Shown piece by piece: positions 36,998 to 49,420 of a stretch of 64,000 nt of DNA. This DNA comes from Macrostomum lignano (Eukaryota). The DNA lies in NCBI GenBank assembly GCA_002269645.1, contig NIVC01000996.1, positions 124,001-188,000 on the forward strand, in the 5' to 3' direction. Position 1 is the stretch's first letter. The number at the start of each line of letters is the position of its first letter. The notes beneath the pieces are model-generated. The model searched no databases. It was not told where the DNA came from and was given only the letters and a program-made list of their open reading frames with translations. The position numbers and the translations under genes are program-made.

Positions 36998-37695
36998 CAA
37001 GGACGACTTAAGTAGAAGGACGGGAAACCTCGTTTCTTAGAAAATTTTTGAAGGCACTTTTTCCCGAAAAAATACACTACGGAGATAGGAAATTTTCATT
37101 TTTTCAGCACAAAAATTGCTATTACTTTTGATAGGAGGCAGATCCAGTGCTCATCTTTTGATATGTTGTGCCTTTTTTATTGCTCTATCGATATTTATAA
37201 AGCTTTTCGTTCAGAAAATTAGGATTATATGTCAATTTTTTATTCTACGTACATTTCCTGTATCTGAAAATCACAAAAATGCATGACACAGCTCCAATAT
37301 TTGCTTTTATGAACCTGTTTTATCATCTCTGTTACGAATATTTGCTAAACAGTCAGTTAAGAATGATAAAATAGACTTCTAAAACCAAAGAGCCGAGCCG
37401 TGGCATTCTAATGTATTTCAATCACAAGACACGTGGAAATATACGGAGAATAAAAAATTTACATAGAATCCTAATTTTCTGAACTAAAAGCTTTGTAAAT
37501 ATCGATAGAGCAATAAAAAAGGCACAACATATCAAAAGATGAGCACTGGATCTGCCTCCTATCAAAAGTAATAGCAATTTTTGTGCTGAAAAAATGAAAA
37601 TTTCCTATCTCCGTAGTGTATTTTTTCGGGAAAAAGTGCCTTCAAAAATTTTCTAAGAAACAAGGTTTCCCGTCCTTCTACTTAAGTCGTCCTTG
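36998..37695. mobile_element. 698-bp foldback-type MITE, ~260-bp TIRs, 8-bp TSD
   Basis: CAAGGACGACTTAAGTAG...CTACTTAAGTCGTCCTTG; TSD GTAGCACA at 36990-36997 and 37696-37703. Confidence 0.92.
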
Positions 37696-38160
37696 GTAGC
37701 ACAAGATCAAGTTAGTTTTCCATTGACTAATTATTCGCCTGAAAACCGTAGTTGTACTTATTCATCTTATAAACTATTTTATTAAACTTTTGTGGCGTCA
37801 ATTTGAATGCACGTACTTGGTTCAATTTTCGCTTGAGTAGATCCGTGTACCCCCGATGGCCAGAAAAAATAGAGATCGCTAAAAAAGAAACGCTTTATTT
37901 AAGCTACATACTACTGAAGTTAACAGTAACCTAGTAGTAAGTTCATAACTTCAACTCTAATGCTTGTTAATTATTCAGACATGTAGAAGCCACGTAATTT
38001 CTTATTGGGTCTTATCTAATGTCGATCCATTCTTAATGTCCGGGAGTTAATCTTTGCTTGTTGTTTAGAGAGATATTGTTTTCTTTAACAAAACGTTTGC
38101 TAGAGACTAACCAACTTCAGTTTATTTATAAACATTACAAACATTATAAACATTAGTCGT

Positions 38161-38825
38161 CAGTGGCGTCCCCAGTAAAAGCTACATGCATGGGGGGACA
38201 TGCCAATACTTTAATTGTCCCCCACCACACCTTGTGACCCCTTATGGAAATCAATAGTTTTGCTTCATAGCGCTTTCGGCCCCAAAATAAGTGCCTGTTT
38301 GAGGCGCCGAAATGATAGCGCCCGTCTGCGGCGCTAAAATGAGTGCCTGCGGCGCCAAAATGAATGTCTGTCTGCGGCGCCAAAATGAGTGCCTGCGGCG
38401 CTAAAATGAGTGCCTGCGGCGCCATAATAAGTGTTTGGCGGGGCCAAAATGAGTGCCTGCGGCGCTAAAATGAGTGCCTGCGGCGCCATAATAAGTGTTT
38501 GGCGGGGCCAAAATGAGTGCCTGCGGCGCCAAAATGAGTGCCTGCGGCGCTAAAATGAGTGCCTGCGGCGCCATAATAAGTGTTTGGCGGGGCCAAAATG
38601 AGTGCCTGCGGCGCTAAAATGAGTGCCTGCGGCGCCATAATAAGTGTTTGGCGGGGCCAAAATGAGTGCCTGCGGCGCTAAAATGAGTGTCTGCGGCGCC
38701 AAATTTAGAGCTAAACAATGCTGCTTCCCAAAAAAATTGTAGGAATTTAGTCCTGTAATATAGAAATCTTGGCTTTGTCTAACCTCTAACCTCTAATTCT
38801 ATAAAATCCAATGGCGACGCCCCTG
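38161..38825. mobile_element. hAT-like MITE carrying a 21-bp tandem array (~38330-38705)
   Basis: CAGTGGCGTC...GACGCCCCTG; TSD TTAGTCGT / GTAGTCGT (7/8); internal GGCGCCAAAATGAGTGCCTGC units. Confidence 0.75.
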
Positions 38826-39531
38826 GTAGTCGTAGAAAAGACTGGAGCTCAGTAGAACAAAGATTAATTATTTAAAACGCAGTTGCATCGGTAGGGGGGG
38901 GGGGTTCTGCAGCGCTTTTCCATTATTCGTTTCTGCGCACTGACAAGAGGGATGGCTCGCACCCCGATGTCGTCTCGGCTCTGTACAGATTTTCTTACTT
39001 TGCACTGCTCACTGCAATGAGTTAGATAGATAAATAACCCCTAGCCGTATGCATAGGTTCTGGCCTGTCTCTATATGCTAGCCTCAGCAGCGCATCTCAG
39101 CTACCAGTTCTTCATCTACACCTTTCCCTCCACCTTCTGTCAAGTTTTTAAGCATATTATTTGCTATGTAGGTCTGCTCAATATAGCTCAGTTATATAGC
39201 AGAAACACTTCGTTTAAACTGGTCTGGTCACCTGCATCTAAATAGTTTTTTTCAGTACAGTAATTAGGTTAATTATCATAAGTTGATGATGCAGCAGATT
39301 CCAGCGTCTGACGATGCTCAAAATAAGCGGAACGGACTGACAATTGAAGGTCGGAAATTGATTTTTTTTGAAATTATGCGTGCATATTTATATATTACTC
39401 TATGACAGCACTGACACCATAACAGCACTCTATGACAGCACTCAATCCATAACAGCACTCTATGACAGCACTCACTCCATAACAGCACTCTTTTGCATGA
39501 ACCAAATTTCTAACCCAAACTTAATCTTAAA

Positions 39532-39830
39532 GGGATGCAGCCTAGTGGTCAGAGCGTCGAACTCACGACTCTAAGGTTAGGGATGTGACTCTCGATTCCA
39601 CTGCTACAATTTGTGTCCTTGAGCAAGAGACTTAACTCTGCATTGCTTCAGTTCACCTAACTGTAAAATGGGTGCCAGCATTAGCTGGGGTAATTGAGGG
39701 TGTGTGTCATGGCACTGAACAGCCGTACGAAGCCTTCAGATGCGCCGCGCAATAGCTGCGGCTGAGCTGTCGGTTGCACATCTGGCCCAATTAGGACAGG
39801 TGTACTCAATATTTATCATGTATTATTATT
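39532..39830 (+). mobile_element. tRNA-derived SINE, copy 2
   Basis: Homologous to 13385-13655 across head, core and tail; ends in ATT-rich tail. Confidence 0.8.
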
Positions 39831-39859
39831 AATTTCAAAATACTTGAATTCACCTGCAG

Positions 39860-40809
39860 CCAGCGGCACAGTCAGTGCAGCGAACCCCTCCAAGGTGAAC
39901 TGGAACAATCTGCACACCACGTTTCGCCCGCGCTCCAGCAAGCAGCAGCCGCCCCACTACAAGCGCCAACCGCCCTTGACCTCGGACGACCTCTGCTGGG
40001 GCGGCAGCGCCTCGGCCAAGGTCAACGGCGTCGGGGCTGCGCCGGCGTCGCTGGCGGCTCGTCCACAGAGCGGCAGATTCCCTGTGCGGTTTCAGCGATC
40101 GGCCAAACGACGCAACGAGTCGGCGGCAGCGGCGGCGGCAGCAGCGGCGGAAGCCAGCGAATCCGAAGCTCTGATCGCCGAACTGTGGCGTCTCGACGAT
40201 CCAGACGAAGACGTTGTCGAGTTGGACGACCTGTTTGACCAGATGGCCCAGCGGGACCCGGCAAAACGTCGCGTGAAGAAGCCGCTCCGACAGAAGCAGC
40301 GGCAGGTGTACCCGAGGCCGCGGTCTTCAGCCAGCGTCGTACCGCCCCGGCACCAGAAGTCAGCAAACCAGCTGTACCAGGAGCACCTGCTAGCCGAGGT
40401 CGCCAAGCACCGGCAGAAGAACTCCGAGCCGCGTCCTGTCCCACCCGAGCTCAGCCTGTTCATACCGAAGACCCGGACTCGCCTGTGCCGCCTGTACACC
40501 GGCAACTGCCTGATCCGTTCAGCGTCCGCGCCGCCGCCTGGCAATGTCGTTAATTCTGACAACAATTTCCTGCCAATCACGAGGTCGATCATGCCGTTGC
40601 CAGCGGAGCTGCGTCCGCTGTCGCGCCAGGGCTGGTCGCTGGGAGGCGGCGGCAGCGGTGGCGGAATTGTGCAGATCAGCCCGGACTCCTGCCAGTGCCG
40701 CCTGTCGCGTCGATCTGGCAGCGGAGTCGTGAGGAGCGGATTGAGGTCGTCTGCCTACAGCGACAACTGCTCCGTGTGCAGGCGGCTGCGGATGCTGCAG
40801 CTGGTCTGA
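39860..40809 (+). CDS. probable terminal exon of an uncharacterised low-complexity protein
   Basis: ~950-nt GC-rich open frame with poly-Ala, after acceptor CCTGCAG|; no family recognised; upstream exon not found. Confidence 0.55.
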
Positions 40810-40828
40810 CTGACCTTCTGTGGGGTGG

Positions 40829-41408
40829 GTGTGGTGATTGAGGATGTGTACATCAGGCAGGTGTGATGATTGAGGATGTGTACATCAGGCAGGTGTGATG
40901 ATTGAGGATGTGTACATCAGGCAGGTGTGATGATTGAGGATGTGTACATCAGGCAGGTGTGATGATTGAGGATGTGTACATCAGGCAGGTGTGATGATTG
41001 AGGATGTGTACATCAGGCAGGTGTGATGATTGAGGATGTGTACATCAGGCAGGTGTGATGATTGAGGATGTGTACATCAGACAGGTGTGATGATTGAGGA
41101 TGTGTACATCAGGCAGGTGTGATGATTGAGGATGTGTACATCAGACAGGTGTGATGATTGAGGATGTGTACATCAGGCAGGTGTGATGATTGAGGATGTG
41201 TACATCAGACAGGTGTGATGATTGAGGATGTGTACATCAGGCAGGTGTGATGATTGAGGATGTGTACATCAGGCAGGTGCGATGATTGAGGATGTGTACA
41301 TCAGACAGGTGTGATGATTGAGGATGTGTACATCAGGCAGGTGTGATGATTGAGGATGTGTACATCAGGCAGGTGCGATGATTGGGGATGTGTACATCAG
41401 GCAGGTGC
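40829..41408. repeat. 32-bp minisatellite, ~18 near-identical copies
   Basis: GTGTGATGATTGAGGATGTGTACATCAGGCAG. Confidence 0.97.
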
Positions 41409-41771
41409 GAGTCTGTCTGAAATGATGGATTGTATCTCAGTTGTTTTGTGCTTCAAACAAAAGTAAAAAAAAAATTTATGTGTATATCGATTTAAACCAT
41501 ATTTTATGCGCTTTTTATGACAATAAATTGCAAATTATTTTTGCGTAATTTTAAAAAAAACTGATTAGCCAGAAAACGACAAAAATCAGTTACCTGTCAA
41601 TAGTTAATTCTGTTGCTTCTGTGAAAAAGTGAAGATTTTTAATTAATTCCGTAAATATTTTACTGCATCCGGTATGTACATGTGTAAAAATGGTTTAAGA
41701 AAGTTTATAAATATTTTCATATTTTATCAGTTTGACTTCATTGCTGCATTTTAATTCTTTATTGCCAGTTA

Positions 41772-42270
41772 TCTTTTGCCACTCATCTTAGCGCCACTCA
41801 TCTTGGCGCCCTTCATCTTGGCGCCCTTCATCTTGGCGCCCTTTATCTTGGTGCCTTTTATCTTGGCGCCCTTTATCTTGGCGCCCTTCATCTTGGCGCC
41901 CATTATCTTGGCGCCTTTTATCTTGGTGCCTTTTATCTTGGCGCCCTTTTTCTTGGTGCCTTTTATCTTGGCGCCCTTTATCTTGGCGCCTTTTATCTTG
42001 GCGCCCTTCATCTTGGCTCCCTTCATCTTGGCGCCCATTATCTTGGCGCCCTTTATCTTGGCGCCCTTTATCTTGGCGCCCTTTATCTTGGTGCCTTTTA
42101 TCTTGGCGCCCTTTATCTTGGTGCCTTTTATCTTGGCGCCCTTTATCTTGGCGCCTTTTATCTTGGCGCCTTTTATCTTGGCGCCCATTATCTTGGCGCC
42201 TTTTATCTTGGCGCCCTTTATCTTGGTGCCTTTTATCTTGGCGCCATTCATATTGGCGCCTCTCATCTGT
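41772..42270. repeat. 15-bp minisatellite
   Basis: ATCTTGGCGCCCTTT units. Confidence 0.95.
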
Positions 42271-42624
42271 GCGCCTTCGATATTGCAGCGTATCTCAAGC
42301 GCAATGTTCTACTGAGGAAGTTGTAAAGTAAACTTTAGTAGTAGATTGCGCATATTTTGCAAAGCAAAGTATTCAACAAAGCATTCAAGAAACCGTGATA
42401 AAACAAATGCAAACAGAAAATCCTGACTATGAATAGACAAACTCTCTGACAGCAGCAGAGGACTGATGGATTAATTGTTAGTAGAGAGGAATTTAATAGT
42501 AAACAAACAATCCCAACTGCCAGGCAGATAAATGAAAGTACAAGAGTGCTAGAGCACGAGCTCTGATTTCAGAATTTCTAAGAAGGTAAGTATTTGTATA
42601 GAACTTTTAAAGTGTACTTATTTT

Positions 42625-43640
42625 GGATCCGCAGGCACTAATTTTGGCGCCGCAGGCACTCATTTTAGCGCCACAGGCACTCATTTTAGCGCTGCAGACA
42701 CTCATTTTAGCACCGCAGACACTCATTTTAGCGCTGCAGGCACTCATTTTGGCACCGCAGGCACTCATTTTAGCGCCGCAGGTACTCATTTTAGCGCCGC
42801 AGTCACTCATTTTAGCGCCGCAGGCACTCATTTTAGCGCCGCAGGCACTCATTTTGGCGCCACAGGCACTCATTTTAGCGCCGCAGGCACTCATTTTAGC
42901 GCCGCAGGCACTCATTTTAGCGCCGCAGGCACTCATTTTAGCGCCGCAGGCACTCATTTTGGATCCGCAGGCACTCATTTTGGATCCACAGGCAATTACT
43001 TTAGAGCTGCAGGCACTCATTTTAGCGCCGCAGGCACTCATTTTAGCGCCGCAGGCACTCATTTTAGCGCCGCAGGTACTCATTTTAGCGCCACAGGCAC
43101 TCATTTTAGCGCCGCAGGCACTCATTTTGGATCCGCAGGCAATTACTTTAGAGCTGCAGGCACTCATTTTAGCGCCGCAGGCACTCATTTTGGCGCCACA
43201 GGCACTCATTTTAGCGCCGCAGGCACTCATTTTAGCGCCGCAGGCACTCATTTTAGCGCCGCAGGCACTCATTTTAGCGCCGCAGGCACTCATTTTAGCG
43301 CCGCAGGCACTCATTTTAGCGCCGCAGGCACTCATTTTGGATCCGCAGGCAATTACTTTAGAGCTGCAGGCACTCATTTTAGCGCCGCAGGCACTCATTT
43401 TGGCGCCACAGGCACTCATTTTAGCGCCGCAGGCACTCATTTTAGCGCCGCAGGCACTCATTTTAGCGCCGCAGGCACTCATTTTAGCGCAGCAGGCACT
43501 CATTTTAGCGCCGCAGGCACTCCTTTTAGCGCCGCAGGCACTCATTTTAGCACTGCAGGCACTCATTTTAGCGCCGCAGGCACTCATTTTAGCGCCGCAG
43601 GCACTCCTTTTAGCGCCGCAGGCACTCATTTTAGCACTCG
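42625..43640. repeat. 21-bp minisatellite, reverse complement of the array in the 38161 MITE
   Basis: GCAGGCACTCATTTTAGCGCC units. Confidence 0.95.
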
Positions 43641-44324
43641 ATCAGTGCAAACTTAAAAATTTCCTTTTCCCAGAATTTAGAATTTTGATACACTGTTTTC
43701 AATCTGAGCAAAATATCTATAGTTTTTATCATCTTATGAAGTCATGGCTTAGTAACACTTACTTGGTAATTTTGGTAGTTTTATGGATGCAGTTTTATAA
43801 TTTAGCTATTGTAGGCTTTTTAGCTGCAAACTTTACTTTTCCGGGGGCAGGGGTCAGCCCCAAGTCTGTCAACTGTAGTGCCATGAATCCTTGTGCCACC
43901 CCCGTGACCAACCCCCAAGGCTCAGACAGGGGCCGATTTCATAAAGCACTTGTCGGACAAGTTAGAAGTGACAAGTGACAAGCGAAATTTGACAAATTAC
44001 AAGCGCTTCTTCAGGGGTTTTTTCCATAGACATGCACAAAGCTGGATGCTTCTGTGTGAAAGTATACTTCCTCTTGTCTTGTGTTTTTGACAATTCGCTG
44101 TGACACTTGTAGCTTTATTAAAACTGTGTATTGAAGTCCAAGAAGAACGCAGAGGCCGTTTTTAAATCAAGTCTGTCTAAAATACAGATCCTAAAATTGT
44201 GGTCTGTGGTCTAAAGGCTGGATCGATTTCATTTGGTGTCTCAACCATAGACATAAAATTGAGGTATTTTTAACACGAGTAAGGACCAATGTTTATGAAA
44301 CCAAAATCGTTGACGCTTGACACT

Positions 44325-44662
44325 TGTTAGGCTTGGGCGGGGCTTCGCACTGTTTATTATTTGATTGCTTATTTCACTGGTGCTTGTACTTTTGTTCAGT
44401 CTGAGTGTACGTATCAAGTTATTATTGTATTGATGCTATTTCACTGGTGCTTGTACTTTTGTTCAGTCTGAGTGTACGTATCAAGTTATTATTGTCATCG
44501 TGCTCTGATGTGCAGTGCGGTGAGTTTTAGTCCTGGGTTGGGGGGTTGTCGCGGGTTCGTGCTTTATCGTTGATAATAAATAGTTTCGCACGGAGCATTG
44601 GCTCAGAGCTATCGTTTTCTCGTCTCAAAGCAATTGCTCGCCTTAGCTTGTCATTTCCAACA
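44325..44662 (+). repeat. 5' LTR (338 bp, with internal 67-bp duplication)
   Basis: TGTTAGG...TTCCAACA; matches the 3' LTR. Confidence 0.95.
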
Positions 44663-44665
44663 TTT

Positions 44666-44683
44666 TGGCGTCGCGAGCAGGAT
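44666..44683 (+). promoter_or_regulatory. primer-binding site, tRNA-Ser-like
   Basis: TGGCGTCGCGAGCAGGAT; its complement ATCCTGCTCGCGACG-CCA resembles eukaryotic tRNA-Ser 3' ends. Confidence 0.75.
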
Positions 44684-44690
44684 CGCATGC

Positions 44691-47600
44691 ATGTCTATCA
44701 AGCTACGAGACCCACTGCCACTGGAAAGCATTGAAGAGCTGCGGGCATGGGTCGAAGTCTTCGATGCTCAAGCAAGGTCAAAAGGAGTGCAGGACACCGA
44801 CGGCAACCTGGCACTGACAGACGCTTTTCTGGGCTGTCTGGGCGTGGCTCAGCTAATCAAAGTGAAGCAGCTGGTGGCACCGAGCCAGCTTTCTAAGATG
44901 AAGTGGGCCGACATCAAAGCGTGCCTGATTCGGTTTCTGGAACCGCAGAAAAGGCTGCTGATTTCGGAGCGGGCGGCCTTCATGTCCATGCGCCAGGGCG
45001 AGGGTGAGAGCATCACCGGCTTCGCTGCCCGTCTTCGAGAACAAGCAGTGGTGTGTGAGTTCGAGAAGCTAAAGGACGAGGGTGCGAACCCAGCAGAGCA
45101 GCTGATCAAAATGCGACTGATTGCTGGCCTCAGCAATCAGGACATCAGAAGCAAAGTGCTCGAACGTGAGGTTTCGTCGGAGCTTTCGGTGGACCAGATT
45201 TCAGACTATGTGCAGCAGCTACAGATGGTGAGCACCTTCTTGACTGGGCCGCTGACTGCGTTAGGCCAGGCTCAAGTTGGTTCAGCGGTGCACCAGACGG
45301 CGCCTAGCCACGATGCGCCACGCCGGGACCTCGAAGACGCCGCCGGTGTCAATGCGGTGGAGAAGTCGAGACCGAATGTGAGTGGAAGCCAGATCTGCCA
45401 GCGCTGCGGCCAGAAGTCTCATCGCAAGCCAACTGACTGCTGGGCGCTGAAAGCCACCTGTCGTCAGTGCGGAAAACTCGGACACTTCGCCCGAGTCTGC
45501 AGGAGCGCCAAAACTCACTTCGCCGCAGAAAAAGCAATGTCTGCAGATTCTACCAGTTATGAGCCCGTCTTCTACTGCGGTGAGGGCACCCCGGCTGCTT
45601 TCTGCATGGTCAAGATCAACGGCAAGCAGGTGAAGATGGAGAAGGATAGCGGTGCGGCGTGCTCGCTGATATCAAGAAAGATCTGGGAAGATCTTGGCAG
45701 ACCGCCACTGAAATCGGCGAAGTCCCGGATGCTGGCCTACGACGGTCATGTGATGAAGCAGCTCGGCATCCTGGAGTGCCTGGTGGAGACTGACGGCACG
45801 GACGGTCGCTTCATTGCCGCTGAGTTGCCTGTCATCGACTGCCAGCAAAAGTTTGGACTGCTAGGCCGGGATTTGCTCAACTCGCTGCCAGCTCACCATT
45901 CTGATGAGGCCAAGGCACCCAGCAGCAACAGGTATGAGAGCTTACTGGGTATTAAGGGAGCAGTCGGAGAGATTCGGTTGAAGACAGGAGCCGGGCCGAT
46001 CTTCCAGCCAGCCAGAGAGCTGCCATTGGCGCTGCGTCCGTTAGTAAAAAAGGAGCTGGACTTGATGGAGAAGGCGGGAATAGTCGAGAGAGTGACATCG
46101 TCGGAGTGGGGCAGCCCGATTGTGGTGACGGTGAAGTCAGACAAGGCGTCAGTGAGGATTTGCGGAGACTACACAGCAGTCAATCAGTGGGGGCAGGATC
46201 AGACATACCTGACTCCATCAATAGAGACAGCGTTTTCCAAGATGGCCAACAAGAAGCTGTTTTGCCGTCTTGACCTTTCTGATGCCTATTATCAAATACC
46301 GCTGGACAGTGAGTCTAAAGACATCACCACCATCAACACTCCATTTGGCTGTTATCGCTTCAATAGGCTGCCGTACGGCATTAAAGTCTCTCCGTCTGTG
46401 TTCCAGCGTGAGATGGAGAAGCTGCTAGGCGAACATCCAGGTGTCATTGTGTACCAAGATGACGTCCTCATGGGTGCGGTGACGAAGGCAGAGCTGGAGA
46501 ACATTCGCACAGGAATACTCGACAAGCTGAGAGCGGCAAATGTTAAAGTCAATGAAGCAAAGTGCATCATGGAAGCACCAGTTTGAAGTTTCTTGGCCAC
46601 ATAATAGATGAGGAAGGGATCAAGCCAGATCCTGGCATGGTTCAGCGGATTCAGGATGTGGAAGCTCCAAAGAACAAGAAGGACCTCGAGCGGTTTCTGG
46701 GACTGGCCCAGTTCTACGGTCGGTTGGTCTCCAATTTTGCTGAGAAGTGCCGGCCTTTGCAGGAACTTCGCCGGGCGGACCGGTGTTCGAGTGGAGTTCT
46801 GTGGCCGAAGCCGCGTTTGCCTATGTGAAGCAGAGCCTAAGTTCGAATCCGTGCGTGAAACCATTTGATGTCAGCTCTCCTGTCTGTCTCCGCGTGGATG
46901 CTAGTGAGCAGTCATTGGGTGCTGTTCTGGTGCAGTCAGGTCATCCGGTTATGTACCTGTCACGTGCTCTGACGAAGTCTGAAGCAAATTACTCGAACAT
47001 TGAGAGAGAGGCCCTTGCAATTGTTTGGGCAGTGGAGAGAGCTCGCAAGATGCTGCTAGGCAAGAGGTTTACTCTCCAGACCGACCATGAGCCGCTAAAG
47101 TATATTTTCAATCCGAGCAAAAACCTTCCCAAAACGGTGTCAGCAAGACTAATGCGCTGGGCTTTGAGACTGTCGGCTTTCGATTACGTGGTCGAGTACG
47201 TGCCTGGGAGGCTGATGACGGATGCTGATGCTTTGTCACGTTTGAGCTTTGCCGAGCAAGATGCACAGAATGATTTAATTCACCAGCTGGAGTCTGAGGT
47301 CGTCACTGAAGGGGCTCTGGTGACCTTGCAAGAGCTACGTGAAGGAACTCGGAGGTGTTCGCTGTTGACACGGCTCCGGCAGAGAATCAGAACCGGCAGG
47401 TGGGGCCAGGTGTCGCAGGTGGAGAGACCGTACAAGGCGTGTCGTGAGGCTCTGTCAGTCGAAGATGGCCTGGTGATCCATGGAACCAGAATTGTGCCGC
47501 CACCCATTCTCCGCAGGCGCATCCTGGAGGCGGCCCATGACGAAGTACACCCGAGTGCTGACAACACCAAGGCGCACATCTCCAAGGAATTCTGGTGGCC

Positions 47601-48513
47601 TGGCCTGGATCGCGAGGTGCGGACTTTTGTGGAGCGCTGTCCGCAGTGCTCAGAAACTCGACCGGTGCTTCAGCGGAAAATCGACATCTGGCCAGCCGAG
47701 AGTGAGCCATGGGCGCGAGTTCACATGGACCACTGTGAGATCTCTGGTATTGGGCTGCTCCTGCTGTTGTCCGACTCCTATTCAGGGTGGCCTGAGGCGA
47801 TTCAGGTGCCTGATCGATCTGCAGAAAGTGTACTGCGTGTTCTAAGAGCGGTTTTTGCGAGGAATGGAGTGCCTCAGACGCTGGTGTCGGACAATGCGCC
47901 GGAGTTTAAGTCGGAGAAGGTCTCGCAGTGGCTGCGCAGCATTGGTTGTCGTGAACTGCACACCCCGCCGTATCATCCCGCCTCGAATGGTCAAGCTGAG
48001 AGACTGGTGCGAATCATTAAGGATGGTCTCAGAGCGTGGACTAAGGTGGTGCCGTTCGACCATTTTCTGCAAAAGCTGTTGCTGACGATAAGGACCAGCC
48101 GGCCAAGCGGCAATCGCGCAGCCTCTCCAGACATCCTCATGTGGGGCCGTCGGCTTCGACACCCGCTGACAATGACGGAGCAAGCTGGCGATCCAATCTG
48201 GCTGAGGATGCGACCTGGAACTCCTCCGGTGCCAGCCAAGTTCGTGGTGCAGCACGGCCTGAACACGGCGCTGGTCACTCCGGCCAATCAGCCTGGCGGT
48301 GGTCTGCGGCTGGCGCACTCAAATCAGTGGACCGGCCGGCCGGACTCTCCTAAGCGGCTTGAGACACCTGAACCCGATGGTGCGCTGACAGACCCGGTGG
48401 TTGCCGTTGAAGACGACCCGCGGCTCGACCTGGAGCGTCAGGAGCCCGGAAACATTTGCCACCGGGAGCCGTACGAGTTTCGCCCTCGGCAGCCTGTTTG
48501 CTACAAGGACTGA
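44691..48513 (+). CDS. gag-pol polyprotein with two apparent 1-bp frameshifts (~46576, ~46780)
   Basis: CCHC knuckle CRQCGKLGHFARVC, protease DSG, RT YQDD, RNase H DAS...EREAL...TDH, integrase H-H-C-C, HMD/SDN/SNGQAER. Confidence 0.9.
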
Positions 48514-48573
48514 TGAGTGAAATTGACTGTGGGGATTTCAAGTGACTGTCTTTGAATTTTGTTTGCTTTTTGT

Positions 48574-48582
48574 GGGGAGCAG
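48574..48582 (+). promoter_or_regulatory. polypurine tract
   Basis: GGGGAGCAG directly abutting the 3' LTR. Confidence 0.6.
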
Positions 48583-48853
48583 TGTTAGGCTTGGGCGGGG
48601 CTTCGCACTGTTTATTATTTGATTGCTTATTTCACTGGTGCTTGTACTTTTGTTCAGTCTGAGTGTACGTATCAAGTTATTATTGTCATCGTGCTCTGAT
48701 GTGCAGTGCGGTGAGTTTTAGTCCTGGGTTGGGGGGTTGTCGCGGGTTCGTGCTTTATCGTTGATAATAAATAGTTTCGCACGGAGCATTGGCTCAGAGC
48801 TATCGTTTTCTCGTCTCAAAGCAATTGCTCGCCTTAGCTTGTCATTTCTAACA
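48583..48853 (+). repeat. 3' LTR (271 bp)
   Basis: TGTTAGG...TTCTAACA. Confidence 0.95.
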
Positions 48854-49420
48854 ACACTTGTCCCCCGTTGGCCCCCGGCAACGGCCCCCGTTGTGCATGC
48901 CAGTTGAAATTGTTAAACGTGATCGGCCAAATTGGCGAGCAACTGCGCTGATGGATGCACCAGCTTCTAGCATGCCAACAGCGCGCCATCGTTCAGCGTC
49001 TGTCATATGCCTGACCATTGTCACGTGTACTGTTGCACCCCCAACCCCAACCCCAGTCCCTTTTGTACTCTCACCCTAGAATTCACTCACACCCAGCTTT
49101 AGCCACGCCGTGGCGCATGTTACGTCACTTGCAGTTGAGGTGAGAGAGAAGTCGCCTCTCTCGGTAGGGTGGCGGTTTTGACTGTTGCTGAGTGTATTTG
49201 ACACGAGAGATTCAATCTGATAACAGCAGTATGTAAGATCGACATAAAGATACAAATTACAATTGTTTTTAGAAAAAATAATTCAGCATTTATCGTTATT
49301 TGTTTTAATGCAGTCAAATTGAACTTGGAAACAACAGTTAACTATCTGAATATTAAATCGTATAGTTTAGTAAGTACTTGTGAGTAAAAATGCAAAAACC
49401 AAACCTTGTCTTGTTAGTAT

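Larger units (their letters stand above)
44325..48853 (+). mobile_element. full-length Ty3/Gypsy LTR retrotransposon (4.5 kb)
   Basis: TG...CA LTRs, 5-bp TSD ACACT (44320-44324, 48854-48858), PBS, PPT, domain order Gag-PR-RT-RH-IN. Confidence 0.97.

Noticed and set aside
41769-43978. ORFs GAKIK..., SACGAKM..., PQALILA... resembling pentapeptide/solenoid proteins
   Set aside because: Translations of 15-bp and 21-bp tandem repeats, open on both strands, with no gene context; the 21-mer also occurs inside a MITE.
44598-44690. TTG start of gag in the ORF track
   Set aside because: Lies within the LTR/PBS; the ATG at 44691 is the plausible start.
48510-48526. CTGATGAGTGAAA as a minimal hammerhead
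   Set aside because: No stem II; overlaps the pol stop codon.
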